In this document: positions 37,579-47,251 of the stretch, piece after piece
Layout of the letters: each line of letters begins with the position of its first letter
Position numbering within the stretch: position 1 is the stretch's first letter
NCBI RefSeq assembly: GCF_044741965.1
Contig: NZ_JBIUTQ010000007.1
Coordinates: 1 to 64,000 of the forward strand
From: Streptosporangium sp. NPDC087985
GTDB taxonomy: Bacteria > Actinomycetota > Actinomycetes > Streptosporangiales > Streptosporangiaceae
DNA: 64,000 nt
Direction: 5' to 3'
Program-made: the position numbers and the translations under genes
The notes under the pieces: model-generated
What the model saw: only the letters and a program-made list of their open reading frames with translations
Database searches by the model: none
What the model was told of the DNA's origin: nothing

Positions 37579-38138
37579 CAGCCGTGGTCCTTGTCTCCGT
37601 GCATGTCGTGCTGGTAGTCCTCGTTGCCGCCGGCGAAGTCCTTGCCGACCGCGGTGAACGTCAGGGTCTGGCCGCCCTTGAGGGTGAGGGTGAAGGGGAT
37701 CTGCGCGCCCGGCTTCACCTCTTCGGTGACGCCCATCAGCATGATGTGGTCACCGCCTGGCTGGAGCTGGTGCGTGCCCCGCGCGGGGACCACGAACCCG
37801 CCCTCCTTGGGCCGCATGACCATCTTTCCGCCGGAGTCGGCCACCCCGTGCAGCTCGATCTTCGGTGACAGCGGTGAGGAGCCGGAGACGACGGTCACAT
37901 CGGCGTCGGTGTTGTTGACCAGGGTGCCGAAGGCGGCGCTCATCCCCTTCTTGACGGTCTTCACCCACGGGTCGGTGATCGCGAGGGGCGGGACGGTGAC
38001 GGAGGGAGTGGCCGCGACGGCGGGTGCCATGGAGCTCGCGACAGCGACCGGTGCCGTGGTGGTCTGGGAGCCGCACCCGCTGAGCGCCGTCACCGCGGCG
38101 ATCAGGATTCCGGCAGGGGCGATACGACGAGGAGACAC
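37578..38138 (-). CDS. copper chaperone PCu(A)C-family lipoprotein
   Basis: Lipobox LSGCGS after the GTG start (GAAAGG RBS). The H(M)...M...HxM motifs are present (PKIELHGV, GKMVMRP, GDHIMLMGV). Confidence 0.75.
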   Translation of the reverse strand: MSPRRIAPAGILIAAVTALSGCGSQTTTAPVAVASSMAPAVAATPSVTVPPLAITDPWVKTVKKGMSAAFGTLVNNTDADVTVVSGSSPLSPKIELHGVADSGGKMVMRPKEGGFVVPARGTHQLQPGGDHIMLMGVTEEVKPGAQIPFTLTLKGGQTLTFTAVGKDFAGGNEDYQHDMHGDKDHG

Positions 38139-38324
38139 GTTGATGCCTTTCTTCTGGCTGTGCCTGCAGGCCGCGGCCGAATGCCGCCTCGATGTGGCCA
38201 TGCCGGACAGACAGCCGGGATTGTCACGCTGATTCGGTCCACCGAGCAGCCGGATGGCGGCATCGGCGCAGGCCCGCGCATGCGGGCTCGGGAACGAAGT
38301 AATGCCTCCGAGTGACCTGGGCGG

Positions 38325-38906
38325 TCAGCTGGAGGTGGCGGTGACAAGCCGGGGAGGACCACGCCTGCTCACGGTGTGGCGCAGCACGGCAGAGCGGAGA
38401 ACTTCCGGCTCGATCGTGCTTGGCGTGAAAAACGAGGTGTATGCCGGAGCCGCGTGCACGATGAGCACACGGCACAGTCGTGCGTCGAGCCGCCGCAGCA
38501 GCGCCCACAGCACGGCCTCACCGCGCGCCAGCCACAGTGAGGTCAGTCCCACGGCCCAGCCGTGCATGACCAGCATGCCCAGACCCGGCATCAGCCCGGA
38601 GTGGACGTGCCCGATGACCTCGGCGGGGGACGCGGCGTGCGCGAGGGAGAACAGCACGTGCTGGCCGGCTTGCAGGCCGGCCAGCAACGGCAGGATCACC
38701 GCCAGCGTGCGTTCGCGCTTCGACAGGACAAAGGCCGCGACGAATGCGATCGCCAGAGCACCGGCCGTGCTCGGTGCGGAGACCGAGCCTCCGGCGAAGA
38801 CATGCGCCAACATGCTCAAGCCCAAGCAGACCACGGTGAAGGCGGTGGCGCGGGCGAGACGGAAGGGCATGGTCGCGGGCATAGCGCAGTAATTATCCCA
38901 TGTCAT
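38325..38906 (-). CDS. His/Met-rich polytopic membrane protein, paralog 1 of 3
   Basis: 193 aa. The conserved core GLMPGLGMLVMHGWAVGLTSLWLARGEAVLWALL and the C-terminal ...LRHTVSRRGPP are shared with 49626..50189 and 50617..51183. The ATGA overlap with the acyl-CoA dehydrogenase stop gives the start at 38906; 38882 or 38870 is also possible. Confidence 0.6.
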   Translation of the reverse strand: MTWDNYCAMPATMPFRLARATAFTVVCLGLSMLAHVFAGGSVSAPSTAGALAIAFVAAFVLSKRERTLAVILPLLAGLQAGQHVLFSLAHAASPAEVIGHVHSGLMPGLGMLVMHGWAVGLTSLWLARGEAVLWALLRRLDARLCRVLIVHAAPAYTSFFTPSTIEPEVLRSAVLRHTVSRRGPPRLVTATSS

Positions 38907-40117
38907 AGCAATGGTGCGTAATGGAGGACCCGCCGGGCCACCGCCGTGACGTGCAGCTCGTCGGGACCGTCGAGCAGGCGGGCCATCCGTCCGGTGCGAA
39001 ACAGCGCGGGCAGCGGTGTGTCGGGCCCCAGCCCGGCCGCGCCGTGGACCTGGATGGCCGCGTCGGTGACCTGCTGCAGCATCCGGGCGGCGGCCACCTT
39101 CGCCAGGCCGGTCTCCACGCGGGCGTCCAGCCCGGCGTCCACGAGGGAGACGGCCTCGAACACCAGCGGGCGCGTAGTCCTGATCGCCAGCAGCGCGTCG
39201 AAGACGAGCCGCTGGACGAGCTGGAGATCAGCCAGCCGTCCTGAGGCCGCCGGCCGTGAACGCGCCCGCTCACGCATGAGGGTGAAGGCCCGCTCGGCCT
39301 GACCGAGCCAGCGCAGGCAGCGCAGCAGCCGGCCGAGCCGTACCCGCTCGCCGATCACGCGCAGACCCCGGCCGGGCTCGCCGAGCAGGTGGTCGGGCGG
39401 GACCGTGACCCCGTCCAGGGCGATCTCCCACTGCCCGCCCGCACCCAGAACCGGCAGCTCGCGGACCACCCGGAAGCCGGGAGAGGAGGTGGGGACGAGC
39501 AGCAGGGACAGGCCGGTCGTGGAAGGCGGCGCGCCGCAGGTGCGGGCAAGCACGACCGCCAGGTCCGCGTCGCCCGCACCGGTGACGAACCATTTGCGGC
39601 CGTGGATCGTCCAGGAGCCGTCAGCCTCCCTGCTCGCCCGCGTGGCGGTGAGAGCGGGATCGGAGCCGGGCGTGTCCGGCTCGGTCATTGCGTTGCACAT
39701 GGTCATCCGCCCGTCGGCGATCTGAGGCAGGTACAGCTCCCGCACGGTAGGTGTGGCGTGCCCGACCAGGGTCTTCACATCCAGCAGTGCTGGGGAGCCC
39801 AGCACGCCCGGACCGTGATCGCTGGCTCCCTCCGCCTCCGCCACGTGCGCATATTCCGCCAGAGACAGGCCCGCGCCACCCAGCTCGGCCGGGAGTGGCA
39901 GTCCCCACAGCCCCTCGGACCGTGCTTCGCGCCTGAGCCGTTCGAGGAGCGCCCGCGCGCTCACGCCACCCGAATCCAGCTCGGCTTCATGGGGCATCAC
40001 GTGCTCGCGGACGAACTCGGTCACGCGGTCGCGCAGCTCGAGCGCCTGAGGCGGACAGGCGGGAGCGCCCCAACTGAGGCGCTCGGCATCGGTCATGACG
40101 GCGGCTTGCTGTGACAT
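38903..40117 (-). CDS. acyl-CoA dehydrogenase family protein
   Basis: 404 aa. CNAMTEPDTPGSDPALTATRA...GRKWFVTGA and the C-terminal QVHGAAG match the ACAD fold. RBS GGAG 6 nt upstream. Confidence 0.8.
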   Translation of the reverse strand: MSQQAAVMTDAERLSWGAPACPPQALELRDRVTEFVREHVMPHEAELDSGGVSARALLERLRREARSEGLWGLPLPAELGGAGLSLAEYAHVAEAEGASDHGPGVLGSPALLDVKTLVGHATPTVRELYLPQIADGRMTMCNAMTEPDTPGSDPALTATRASREADGSWTIHGRKWFVTGAGDADLAVVLARTCGAPPSTTGLSLLLVPTSSPGFRVVRELPVLGAGGQWEIALDGVTVPPDHLLGEPGRGLRVIGERVRLGRLLRCLRWLGQAERAFTLMRERARSRPAASGRLADLQLVQRLVFDALLAIRTTRPLVFEAVSLVDAGLDARVETGLAKVAAARMLQQVTDAAIQVHGAAGLGPDTPLPALFRTGRMARLLDGPDELHVTAVARRVLHYAPLL

Positions 40118-40254
40118 TCCAACTCCAGACATGTCGGGAACTGAGCGAAAAATCCATCCGACTCCCTGCTGTGGAACAGGTCGGGTGAACGCTCGCCCGA
40201 GTTCCCACCCGCGTCAGGCAAGACTCGCGGCCACCGCCGCGGAAAAGGAGAGCC

Positions 40255-42030
40255 ATGGCACACCCCGCCACCGCCCGAGCGGCACATCCGCTCGCCGGCA
40301 TCGGTCTGCGGACGGCCGGGCCACCCGCCCTCACCACCACCGTCGCCCACCACCTCACCCTCCTGGGGGCCGCCGACCTCGGATCCGCGGCCTCGGACGG
40401 CCCCGGCACCGTGTCACTCACCGGCGCGGGCGGGCGCCCGCTCACTGCCGAGATCGCCTGGGCGGCAGCCGCCCCGATCGACGAGGTGACCGACGAGGCC
40501 ACCGCGCAGGCCGCGACCGGCGTGGCCCACGTCCATGGCCGCCGCACCGGTGAGCCATGCGGTCTGGCTGTCGACTACCTGACCACGGCGTGCGCCGTGC
40601 TGACCGTTCAAGGTCTCCTGGCCGGACTGATCGGCCGTGCCCGGGGATCGGCCGTCGAGACCGTACGGACCGGCGTGGACTTGGCCGGACTGCTCTCGGT
40701 CGGTCAGTACCTGGCCGCCGCCAACGCCGAGGACGACGAAGCGGTGCCGCTCGCCCCGGGAGGCCCGCCGTTCACCACGGCCGACGGCGTGTGTTTCGAG
40801 GTCGAGACGCTGGACCCGGTTGTGTGGGTGACGTTCTGGCAGGCGCTCGGCGTGGCCAAACGCCTGGCCGGTTCCGCGTGGCGGTCCTTCCAGTTCCGCT
40901 ACGCCACCGCCTGCTCCCCGCTGCCTGAGGAGCTGCACGCACGGGTTCACGCGGTCGACTGGCAGAGCGTACGGCGGGCCGCGAAGGAGTCGGGGGCGTC
41001 GCTCTGCGCGCTCCGATCTCTCCAAGACCGGTTGGCCGAATCCCGTGCGCAGGCACCATGGCAGCTGTCACCGGGGCTGCCGGCCTCGCCCCTGTCCCCG
41101 TCGGCCGAGGTCGGCCGCCCGCTGGCCGGTCTCACGATTCTGGAGGCCGGACGGCGGATCCAGGCGCCGCTGGCCGCCTACGTCCTGGGCCTGCTCGGCG
41201 CGGACGTGGTGCGGATCGAGCCACCCGGCGGGGACCCGCTGCGCGGCATGCCGCCCACGTGCGGTGACCTGTCGGCCCGCTGGCTGGCGCTCAACCGGGG
41301 CAAGCGCGCCGTGGAGATCGACATCAAGTCGGCCGCAGGCCGGGCGGAGCTGCGCGACCTGGTCGAGGGCGCGGACGTCTTCGTGCACAACTGGGCCCCG
41401 GGCACCGCCGAGCGCCTCGGCCTGGACGACGGCGACCTGTCAGCGGTCAACCCCGGCCTGGTCTACGCCTACACCAGCGGCTGGGCCGGGCGGCTGGCCG
41501 ACGTCCCGATGGCCACCGACTTCATGGTGCAGGCCCGCACCGGCGTGGGCGAGGCCGTGCGGCCCGCCGGTGAACCACCCGCCCCGTCGCTGATGACCCT
41601 GCTCGACGTCCTCGGCGCCCTGCTGGGCGCCGAGGCGGTGCTCGCCGGGCTCCTGCTGCGCGAACGTGCGGGACACGGCGTGCGGGTGGACTCCTCGCTG
41701 CTGGGCGCGGCCGAGATGCTCACCGAACCCGGTCTGCGGCGGGTCGCCTCCGGAGCCGCCCCCCGCAGACCGGCCGGATTCCGCAGTCCCCTGCCCACGG
41801 CGGACGGCTGGGTGGCCGTCGCAGACGACTGCGCCGGGCAGGCGGACGCCGCCTCCCTCACCGGACTGGCCACACCCGAGGCTGTCGCGTCCCTTCGCCG
41901 CCGGGGGCTGCGAGCCACCGCCGTAACGACCGCACTCGACAGGCTTCCCGCCGATCCACGTTTCGCATCCGCTCTCACCCGTGACGAGCACGGGGCCGTT
42001 GTCGTACCCGTTCCCTGGAGGTTCGCATGA
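40255..42030 (+). CDS. CoA-transferase family III (CaiB/BaiF) protein with ~280-aa N-terminal extension
   Basis: The C-terminal half LAGLTILEAGRRIQAPLAAYVLGLLGADVVRIEPPGGDPLR...NRGKRAVEIDIKSAAGR is the CaiB/BaiF signature. The N-terminal half is unrecognised. Confidence 0.75.
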   Translation: MAHPATARAAHPLAGIGLRTAGPPALTTTVAHHLTLLGAADLGSAASDGPGTVSLTGAGGRPLTAEIAWAAAAPIDEVTDEATAQAATGVAHVHGRRTGEPCGLAVDYLTTACAVLTVQGLLAGLIGRARGSAVETVRTGVDLAGLLSVGQYLAAANAEDDEAVPLAPGGPPFTTADGVCFEVETLDPVVWVTFWQALGVAKRLAGSAWRSFQFRYATACSPLPEELHARVHAVDWQSVRRAAKESGASLCALRSLQDRLAESRAQAPWQLSPGLPASPLSPSAEVGRPLAGLTILEAGRRIQAPLAAYVLGLLGADVVRIEPPGGDPLRGMPPTCGDLSARWLALNRGKRAVEIDIKSAAGRAELRDLVEGADVFVHNWAPGTAERLGLDDGDLSAVNPGLVYAYTSGWAGRLADVPMATDFMVQARTGVGEAVRPAGEPPAPSLMTLLDVLGALLGAEAVLAGLLLRERAGHGVRVDSSLLGAAEMLTEPGLRRVASGAAPRRPAGFRSPLPTADGWVAVADDCAGQADAASLTGLATPEAVASLRRRGLRATAVTTALDRLPADPRFASALTRDEHGAVVVPVPWRFA

Positions 42031-43655
42031 CCCTGCACTTGGACGACCTGGTGCCTGCCACGCTGAGACGCGAATGGGCCGCCGACGGCACCTGTCCGGA
42101 CCTCGGCCTGTACGCGCTGTTCCGCGCTCATCGCCTCGCGGCCCCGGACCGGGTCGCGGTGATCGACGTGGCGGGCGAGCTCACCTATGCCGAGCTGGAC
42201 CGCCTGGCACGCAACGCAGCGGCCGGGCTGCGGAAGCTCGGCGTCTGTGAGGGCGACGTCGTCGGCGTCCAGCTGTCCAACGGCCGGGACGCGGTCGTCG
42301 CCGACCTGGCGCTGGCCGCGCTCGGAGCCGTGGCCCTGCCCTTTCCCGTGGGGCGCGGCGTCGCCGAGGCCGTCTCCCTGCTCGGCCGTTCCGGTGCGCG
42401 GGCCGTCATCGCGGCCGTCGACCACCGGGGGACGGCGCACGCGAGTGAGCTGGTGGCCGCCGCAGAGCAGCTGCCCGGCCTGCGGGCCGTCGTCGCCGCC
42501 GGTCCGCAGGAACCCCCGGTGGGCAGCGTGGCGTGGAGCGAGGTGCTCTCCGCCGACGGCCGCGCCTTCGTCCCGGCCCGGCCCGATCCGGACGGCGCGG
42601 CCCGCATCCTGGTCTCCTCCGGCTCGGAGTCCGAACCCAAGATGGTCGCCTACTCCCACAACGCGCTCGCCGGCGGCCGGGGCAACTTCATGGCCACGCT
42701 GATCGCCGACGCGAACCCGCCCCGCTGCCTGTTCCTGGTCCCGCTGGCCTCGGCTTTCGGCAGCAACGGCACCGCCGTCACCCTTGCCAGGCACGGCGGC
42801 TCCCTGGTGCTCCTCGATCACTTCTCTCCCCGGGCCGCCCTCACCGCGATCCGCGACCACCGGCCCACCCACGTGCTGGCCGTACCGACCATGATCCGCA
42901 TGATGCTCGACCAGCCGGACACCGGACCGAACCCACCCATGACCGCGCTGGTGCTGGGCGGTGCCGAGCTGAACGCGGCCACGGCCGCCGAAGCGGGCCA
43001 GGTGTTCGACTGCGCGGTCGTTAACCTGTACGGCTCGGCCGACGGGGTGAACTGCCACAGCGGATTCCGTCCGACTGCGGCGAGCGATCCCGGTCCCGGG
43101 GTCGTGGTGGGCCTGCCGGACCCCCGGGTGGCGGAGATCCGCATCGTCCCCACCTCGGACGAGGAGGAATTCGGCGAGATCATCGCACGCGGCCCGATGA
43201 CCCCGATGTGCTACGTCGGCGCGCCAGAGCTGAATCAGCGCTACCGCACGGCAGACGGCTGGGTCCGCACCGGAGACCTGGGGGTGATCGACGCCGACGG
43301 GCGGCTGCGCCTGATGGGCAGACTCAAGCAGGTCGTCATCCGTGGCGGCACCAACATCAGCCTGGCCGAGGTGGAGCACGCACTGGCGACCCACCCCGAG
43401 GTGCGCGAGGTGGTGTGCCTGGGCGTGCCCGACCAGGTGATGGGAGAGCGGCTGGCGGCCTGCGTGGTGCCACGCCCCGGCCATACCCCTGACATCGCCG
43501 GCCTCGCCTCCCACCTGCTCCGGCAAGGGCTGGAGCGGGGCAAGCATCCCGAGCACCTGCTGCTGGTGGAGGAGCTGCCGCTGACCCCGGCGGGCAAGCC
43601 CGACCGGGATGCGCTACGCGATCTCCTGCTGGGGGGGCAACCCGGATCGGTGTGA
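42027..43655 (+). CDS. AMP-dependent synthetase/ligase (acyl-CoA synthetase-like adenylate-forming enzyme)
   Basis: ILVSSGSESEPKMVAYSH is the AMP-binding motif. WVRTGDLGVIDADGRLRLMGRLKQVVIRGGTNI is the hinge/A8 region. ATGA overlap with the CoA-transferase stop. Confidence 0.85.
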   Translation: MTLHLDDLVPATLRREWAADGTCPDLGLYALFRAHRLAAPDRVAVIDVAGELTYAELDRLARNAAAGLRKLGVCEGDVVGVQLSNGRDAVVADLALAALGAVALPFPVGRGVAEAVSLLGRSGARAVIAAVDHRGTAHASELVAAAEQLPGLRAVVAAGPQEPPVGSVAWSEVLSADGRAFVPARPDPDGAARILVSSGSESEPKMVAYSHNALAGGRGNFMATLIADANPPRCLFLVPLASAFGSNGTAVTLARHGGSLVLLDHFSPRAALTAIRDHRPTHVLAVPTMIRMMLDQPDTGPNPPMTALVLGGAELNAATAAEAGQVFDCAVVNLYGSADGVNCHSGFRPTAASDPGPGVVVGLPDPRVAEIRIVPTSDEEEFGEIIARGPMTPMCYVGAPELNQRYRTADGWVRTGDLGVIDADGRLRLMGRLKQVVIRGGTNISLAEVEHALATHPEVREVVCLGVPDQVMGERLAACVVPRPGHTPDIAGLASHLLRQGLERGKHPEHLLLVEELPLTPAGKPDRDALRDLLLGGQPGSV

Positions 43656-43694
43656 TTTTTCCCGGGCCGGAGGCGACTCCGGCCCGGGAAAAAT
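43656..43694. terminator. bidirectional rho-independent terminator between convergent ligase and sigma-factor genes
   Basis: tttttcccgggccggag-gcgac-tccggcccgggaaaaa is a perfect hairpin with T-run/A-run on either side. Confidence 0.7.
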
Positions 43695-43700
43695 CTTCGG

Positions 43701-44291
43701 TCAGGCAGCCCTGTCCGCGGCTTCCAGTGAGGAGATCAGCTGGCTGCGTGCTCGCGCCACGCGGGAACGCACCGTGCCGATCGGGCATCCGATCATCGCG
43801 GCGGCCTCGGCGTACGGCATGCCCACGAGCTGGGTGAGCACGAAGGCCTCACGCCGTTCGCGCGGCACCTTGGCCAGCAGGTCGGCCAAGGCCACGCCGT
43901 CCTCGCATCCCGGCAGCCCGCGGGGCTGACATCGCTCGGCGGCGGCCTGCCAGTCGGCGAGATCGGCGACGATCGGGCGAGAGGCCGCCGAGCGGAACCG
44001 GTCGACGACGACCCGCCGGGCGATGGACAGCAGCCAGGTGCGGGCCGATGACCGGCCGGCGAACCTGGGCAGGCTCCCCAGAACGCGCAGGAACGTCTCC
44101 TGGGTGAGGTCCTCCGCCGAGTGGCTCCCGGCCAGGTAGGCGATGAATCGGCGTACGTCGGTGTACACCGCACGGGTGAAGGCCTCGACGTCCGCGGGCG
44201 CTCCTGCGCGCGCGGCCAGGGCGAGCACTGTCAGATGATCGTCTGAGCGTTCGGTGGTGGCGTCATGGTGGGGGGCGCGGTGGTCGCGCAT
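43701..44291 (-). CDS. ECF-subfamily RNA polymerase sigma-70 factor (no adjacent anti-sigma gene)
   Basis: Region 2 is ETFLRVLGSLPRFAGRSSARTWLLSIARRVVVDRFR. Region 4 is EAFVLTQLVGMPYAEAAAMIGCPIGTVRSRVARAR. The start at 44291 is internal to a longer shadow ORF. Confidence 0.8.
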   Translation of the reverse strand: MRDHRAPHHDATTERSDDHLTVLALAARAGAPADVEAFTRAVYTDVRRFIAYLAGSHSAEDLTQETFLRVLGSLPRFAGRSSARTWLLSIARRVVVDRFRSAASRPIVADLADWQAAAERCQPRGLPGCEDGVALADLLAKVPRERREAFVLTQLVGMPYAEAAAMIGCPIGTVRSRVARARSQLISSLEAADRAA

Positions 44292-44568
44292 GACAGAACT
44301 CACGATGGTCGTTCCTTGCATCGCAGGGCAGAACGGATACACGGTTCGGGGGGTGCGTGGCCCCTGTTGGACTGGTTGAGGAGGCAGGGGCACGGGAGGG
44401 CAGGCGTCGGGAAAGGCGGCCCACGGGGCCGGAGCGTGTAGGGCGGCGCAATGGCCCCAGTGACGGGTCGCATCACCCAGCCCACTCCGATGGGAACCCC
44501 GGCGGGCCCATGAGCGACTGTCTGATGCGCGGTTGTCGTGTGGACCCCGCCGGCAGAAGGAGATGGCG

Positions 44569-45759
44569 ATGCGGCTGGAACGACCGGTAGGTCCTGCGAG
44601 CGATCGGGTCCGGGAGCGATGGGTCACCGTCCTGCTCACCACGGCCATGGGCGTGTCGATGCTTCAGCTCTTCCTGATCGGTGCGCTCGGTCCCCGCCTG
44701 GTCGGGGAGGCGGGCATCTCCCGCACCGCGATCGGCCTGACCACGACCGCCGGATTCGGCGTCGCCGCGCTCCTGTCGCTCACCGCCGGCCGCTGGGTGG
44801 ATCGGCTGGGGGCCCGCCGTTGCCTGGTCGCACTGCTGCTGCTGGCCGCGGTGGCACTGGCACTGATCGGCTCCGCCTCGGGCACGCTGATGCTGCTGGT
44901 GGCGGTGGCGCTGGGTGGCCTCCCGCAGGCCCTGGCCAACCCCGCCACCAACAAGGTCATCCTGGCCACGGTCGAACCGGGCAGGCGAGGTGCGGTCACC
45001 GGCTGGAAGCAGTCCGGAGTGCAGCTCGGCGCTTTCGCGGCGGGACTGCCGCTGGCGGCGCTCGCCGCATGGACGGGATGGCGCGGCGCGGTATGGACAG
45101 CCGCCGTGATCGCCGCCCTCATCGCGTGCTGGGCCATCCGCGTGCTGCCATCCGACTCCACCGCCGCCGCGGCCACGCCACCCGCGGACATGCCGCGCGC
45201 CCGCGTCGGCCGGTTGGCGCTGTTCTCCTTCCTGCTCGGCTGCGGGATCGCCGCGGTGAACACCTACCTTGCGCTGTTCGGTGCCGAGCGGCTGGGACTG
45301 GGACCGGTCGTGGCGGCATGGTTGGTCGCGGTCCTGGGTCTCACCGGAGTCGCGGGCCGGGTCGGCTGGTCGCGGCGGGCGGGCCGCCTCGACCGGGCCG
45401 AAGTGCTTCTCGTCCCTCTCGCGGCGGGAGCCTGCGGAGCGGTCCTGCTGCTCGGAGCAGCCTCGTGGGTTCCCTTCCTGGTCTGGGTGGGCGCGGCGGC
45501 CGTCGGAGCCTTCGCCGTCGCGGGTAATGCGGTCACCATGGTCTCGGTGATCAAGCGCGCCGACCCCCGCAGCGCCGGCCGGGACTCCGCGCTCGTCTCG
45601 GCGGGATTCTTCGCCGGTTTCGCCGCCGGGCCGCCGCTGTTCGGGATCCTCGTCGAGATCGGGGGATACGGACCGGGCTGGGGGCTGGTGGCCGCCGAGT
45701 TCGCCGCTGCGGCCGCCGTCGCGGCGCCGCTCCGATTCCGGGCCGGGGCACTCCGATGA
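44569..45759 (+). CDS. MFS transporter
   Basis: 396 aa with 12 predicted TM helices and a GRWVDRLGARR-type loop. The ATG lies 6 nt after AAGGAG. Confidence 0.8.
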   Translation: MRLERPVGPASDRVRERWVTVLLTTAMGVSMLQLFLIGALGPRLVGEAGISRTAIGLTTTAGFGVAALLSLTAGRWVDRLGARRCLVALLLLAAVALALIGSASGTLMLLVAVALGGLPQALANPATNKVILATVEPGRRGAVTGWKQSGVQLGAFAAGLPLAALAAWTGWRGAVWTAAVIAALIACWAIRVLPSDSTAAAATPPADMPRARVGRLALFSFLLGCGIAAVNTYLALFGAERLGLGPVVAAWLVAVLGLTGVAGRVGWSRRAGRLDRAEVLLVPLAAGACGAVLLLGAASWVPFLVWVGAAAVGAFAVAGNAVTMVSVIKRADPRSAGRDSALVSAGFFAGFAAGPPLFGILVEIGGYGPGWGLVAAEFAAAAAVAAPLRFRAGALR

Positions 45760-46781
45760 GCTGGGCGGAGAAGGCGCTGCTTGAGGTTCTGGAGCGGTCC
45801 GGCACGGTCGAGGCGGATGCGGGAGGGCGATGGCCGCTGTATGCGGACCCCGTCTCCGGCGGCTGGACGACCACCGCCCGCGGATCATGGACCGGTGGTT
45901 TCTGGACGGGACTTCTGTGGCTGCGAGCGATCATGAGCGGTGATCCGGCCGACCGGGCCACCGCGATCAGCCGCACCGCATCGCTCGATCCGTGGATCTG
46001 GGCCGACACCGGAGCCCGAGGCCTCATCTTCTGGTACGGCACCGCGTTCGGCGTGGCAGAGGGGGACGCCCTGGCGGCGACGCTGCGAGAGCGCGCGGCC
46101 GGTGCCTGCCTGGACGCCTATGTCCCCGAGCTCGGGCTGGTGCCCTGGGGCGGCGCGTTCGGCGGTCCTCGGGAGCTGGCGCGCGTCGACGGCCTGCCCG
46201 GCCTCATGCAGCTCCTCCGTCTGGCGGGTCCTGACGGAGCCGTGGCCGCCCGGACCCAGCTGGACCTGCAGTTCGCTCTGACGGCAGGTGAGCGCCAGCT
46301 CCGCCCGGCCTGGCAAGCCCTGCCGGACGGCACCTGGGAACCCCACCTCGCCCTGCCGCCAGGCTGGAGCCGCACGGCGGCCTGGCTGTCGCTGGCGGTC
46401 GCCGACACCGGCGACGGCGATCGGCGGCGGGCACTGCTCGCACATCCCCAGGTGGCGGCCCGGTTCGCTGCACGCTCGCCCGCCGTCCCCTGCGCACGCC
46501 CCGGCGGGCCACCGGACACCTCGGCCGCTGCGATCGAGGCAGTCGCCGCTCTCAAACTGGCCGCGCGGGCCGATCAGCATGAAGCCGCCCGGCTGCGGGA
46601 CCGGGCCGCCGCCGTGCTCCGCGAGCTGGTCTCGGCACACCTGCGTGACGGCCGCCTGCTGGACGGCTGCTATGACCTGGACCACGGCATGGCCACCTGC
46701 CATGAGCTGGTGTGGGGCGACTTTTTCCTGGCTGTTGGCCTCGCGGTGCTCACCGGGGCGATCGATCCTTTCGCCTGCTGA
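45756..46781 (+). CDS. glycoside hydrolase family 88/105-like (unsaturated glucuronyl/rhamnogalacturonyl hydrolase-like) protein
   Basis: GGWTTTARGSWTGGFWTGLLWL matches the GH88/GH105 N-terminal signature. ATGA overlap with the MFS gene. Family assignment is tentative. Confidence 0.55.
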   Translation: MSWAEKALLEVLERSGTVEADAGGRWPLYADPVSGGWTTTARGSWTGGFWTGLLWLRAIMSGDPADRATAISRTASLDPWIWADTGARGLIFWYGTAFGVAEGDALAATLRERAAGACLDAYVPELGLVPWGGAFGGPRELARVDGLPGLMQLLRLAGPDGAVAARTQLDLQFALTAGERQLRPAWQALPDGTWEPHLALPPGWSRTAAWLSLAVADTGDGDRRRALLAHPQVAARFAARSPAVPCARPGGPPDTSAAAIEAVAALKLAARADQHEAARLRDRAAAVLRELVSAHLRDGRLLDGCYDLDHGMATCHELVWGDFFLAVGLAVLTGAIDPFAC

Positions 46782-47196
46782 ACGCTGTGGCCAGGGTGTG
46801 AGCGACGGCCTCGCCCAGACGGTCTGGCAAGCGCGGACAGTGCCAGGCGACGTGGTCGTCAGGCCGGATCAGGACGGCGCCGTCGGCCGCGATGCCGTAG
46901 ACGGCGGCGATGTCCGCGTCGCCCACGTGCACCAGCAGGGGCACACCTGCCGGCGCCGCCTCTTGCCAGGCCGCTCCGTCCGGTCCGGTCAGCAGGGTGA
47001 AGCCGGTGCCCACGAGGTCGAGCGTGGAGACCTCGCGTCTGTCATGGCGTGTCCTACTGAGCGCCCGGTCCTTGGGAAAGGCCGAGGCGGCGGAGTGCCG
47101 CTCGACCAGCAGAGAGGGCACGCCGAAGCGCGACAGCGCGATGGACGCGCACAGGCCGACCGGTCCGCCGCCGACGATGAGCACGGGGATGTCCAC
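46750..47196 (-). pseudogene. internally deleted FAD-dependent monooxygenase (148 aa instead of ~400)
   Basis: The N-terminal FAD motif MDIPVLIVGGGPVGLCASIALSRFGVPSLLVER is joined after ~50 aa to the extreme C-terminal motif ...GAVLIRPDDHVAWH. Confidence 0.55.
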
Positions 47197-47251
47197 GTGT
47201 CTTCCTCCTGAGGAGGGTGGGGCGGCCAGGATGGCCGCCCCACGAGACCGG

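Noticed and set aside
41469-43556. 695-aa minus-strand ORF
   Set aside because: Antisense to the CoA-transferase and acyl-CoA ligase genes. Shadow ORF.
44473-45888. 471-aa minus-strand ORF
   Set aside because: Antisense to the MFS transporter. The product is Arg/Gly/Pro-rich and not protein-like.
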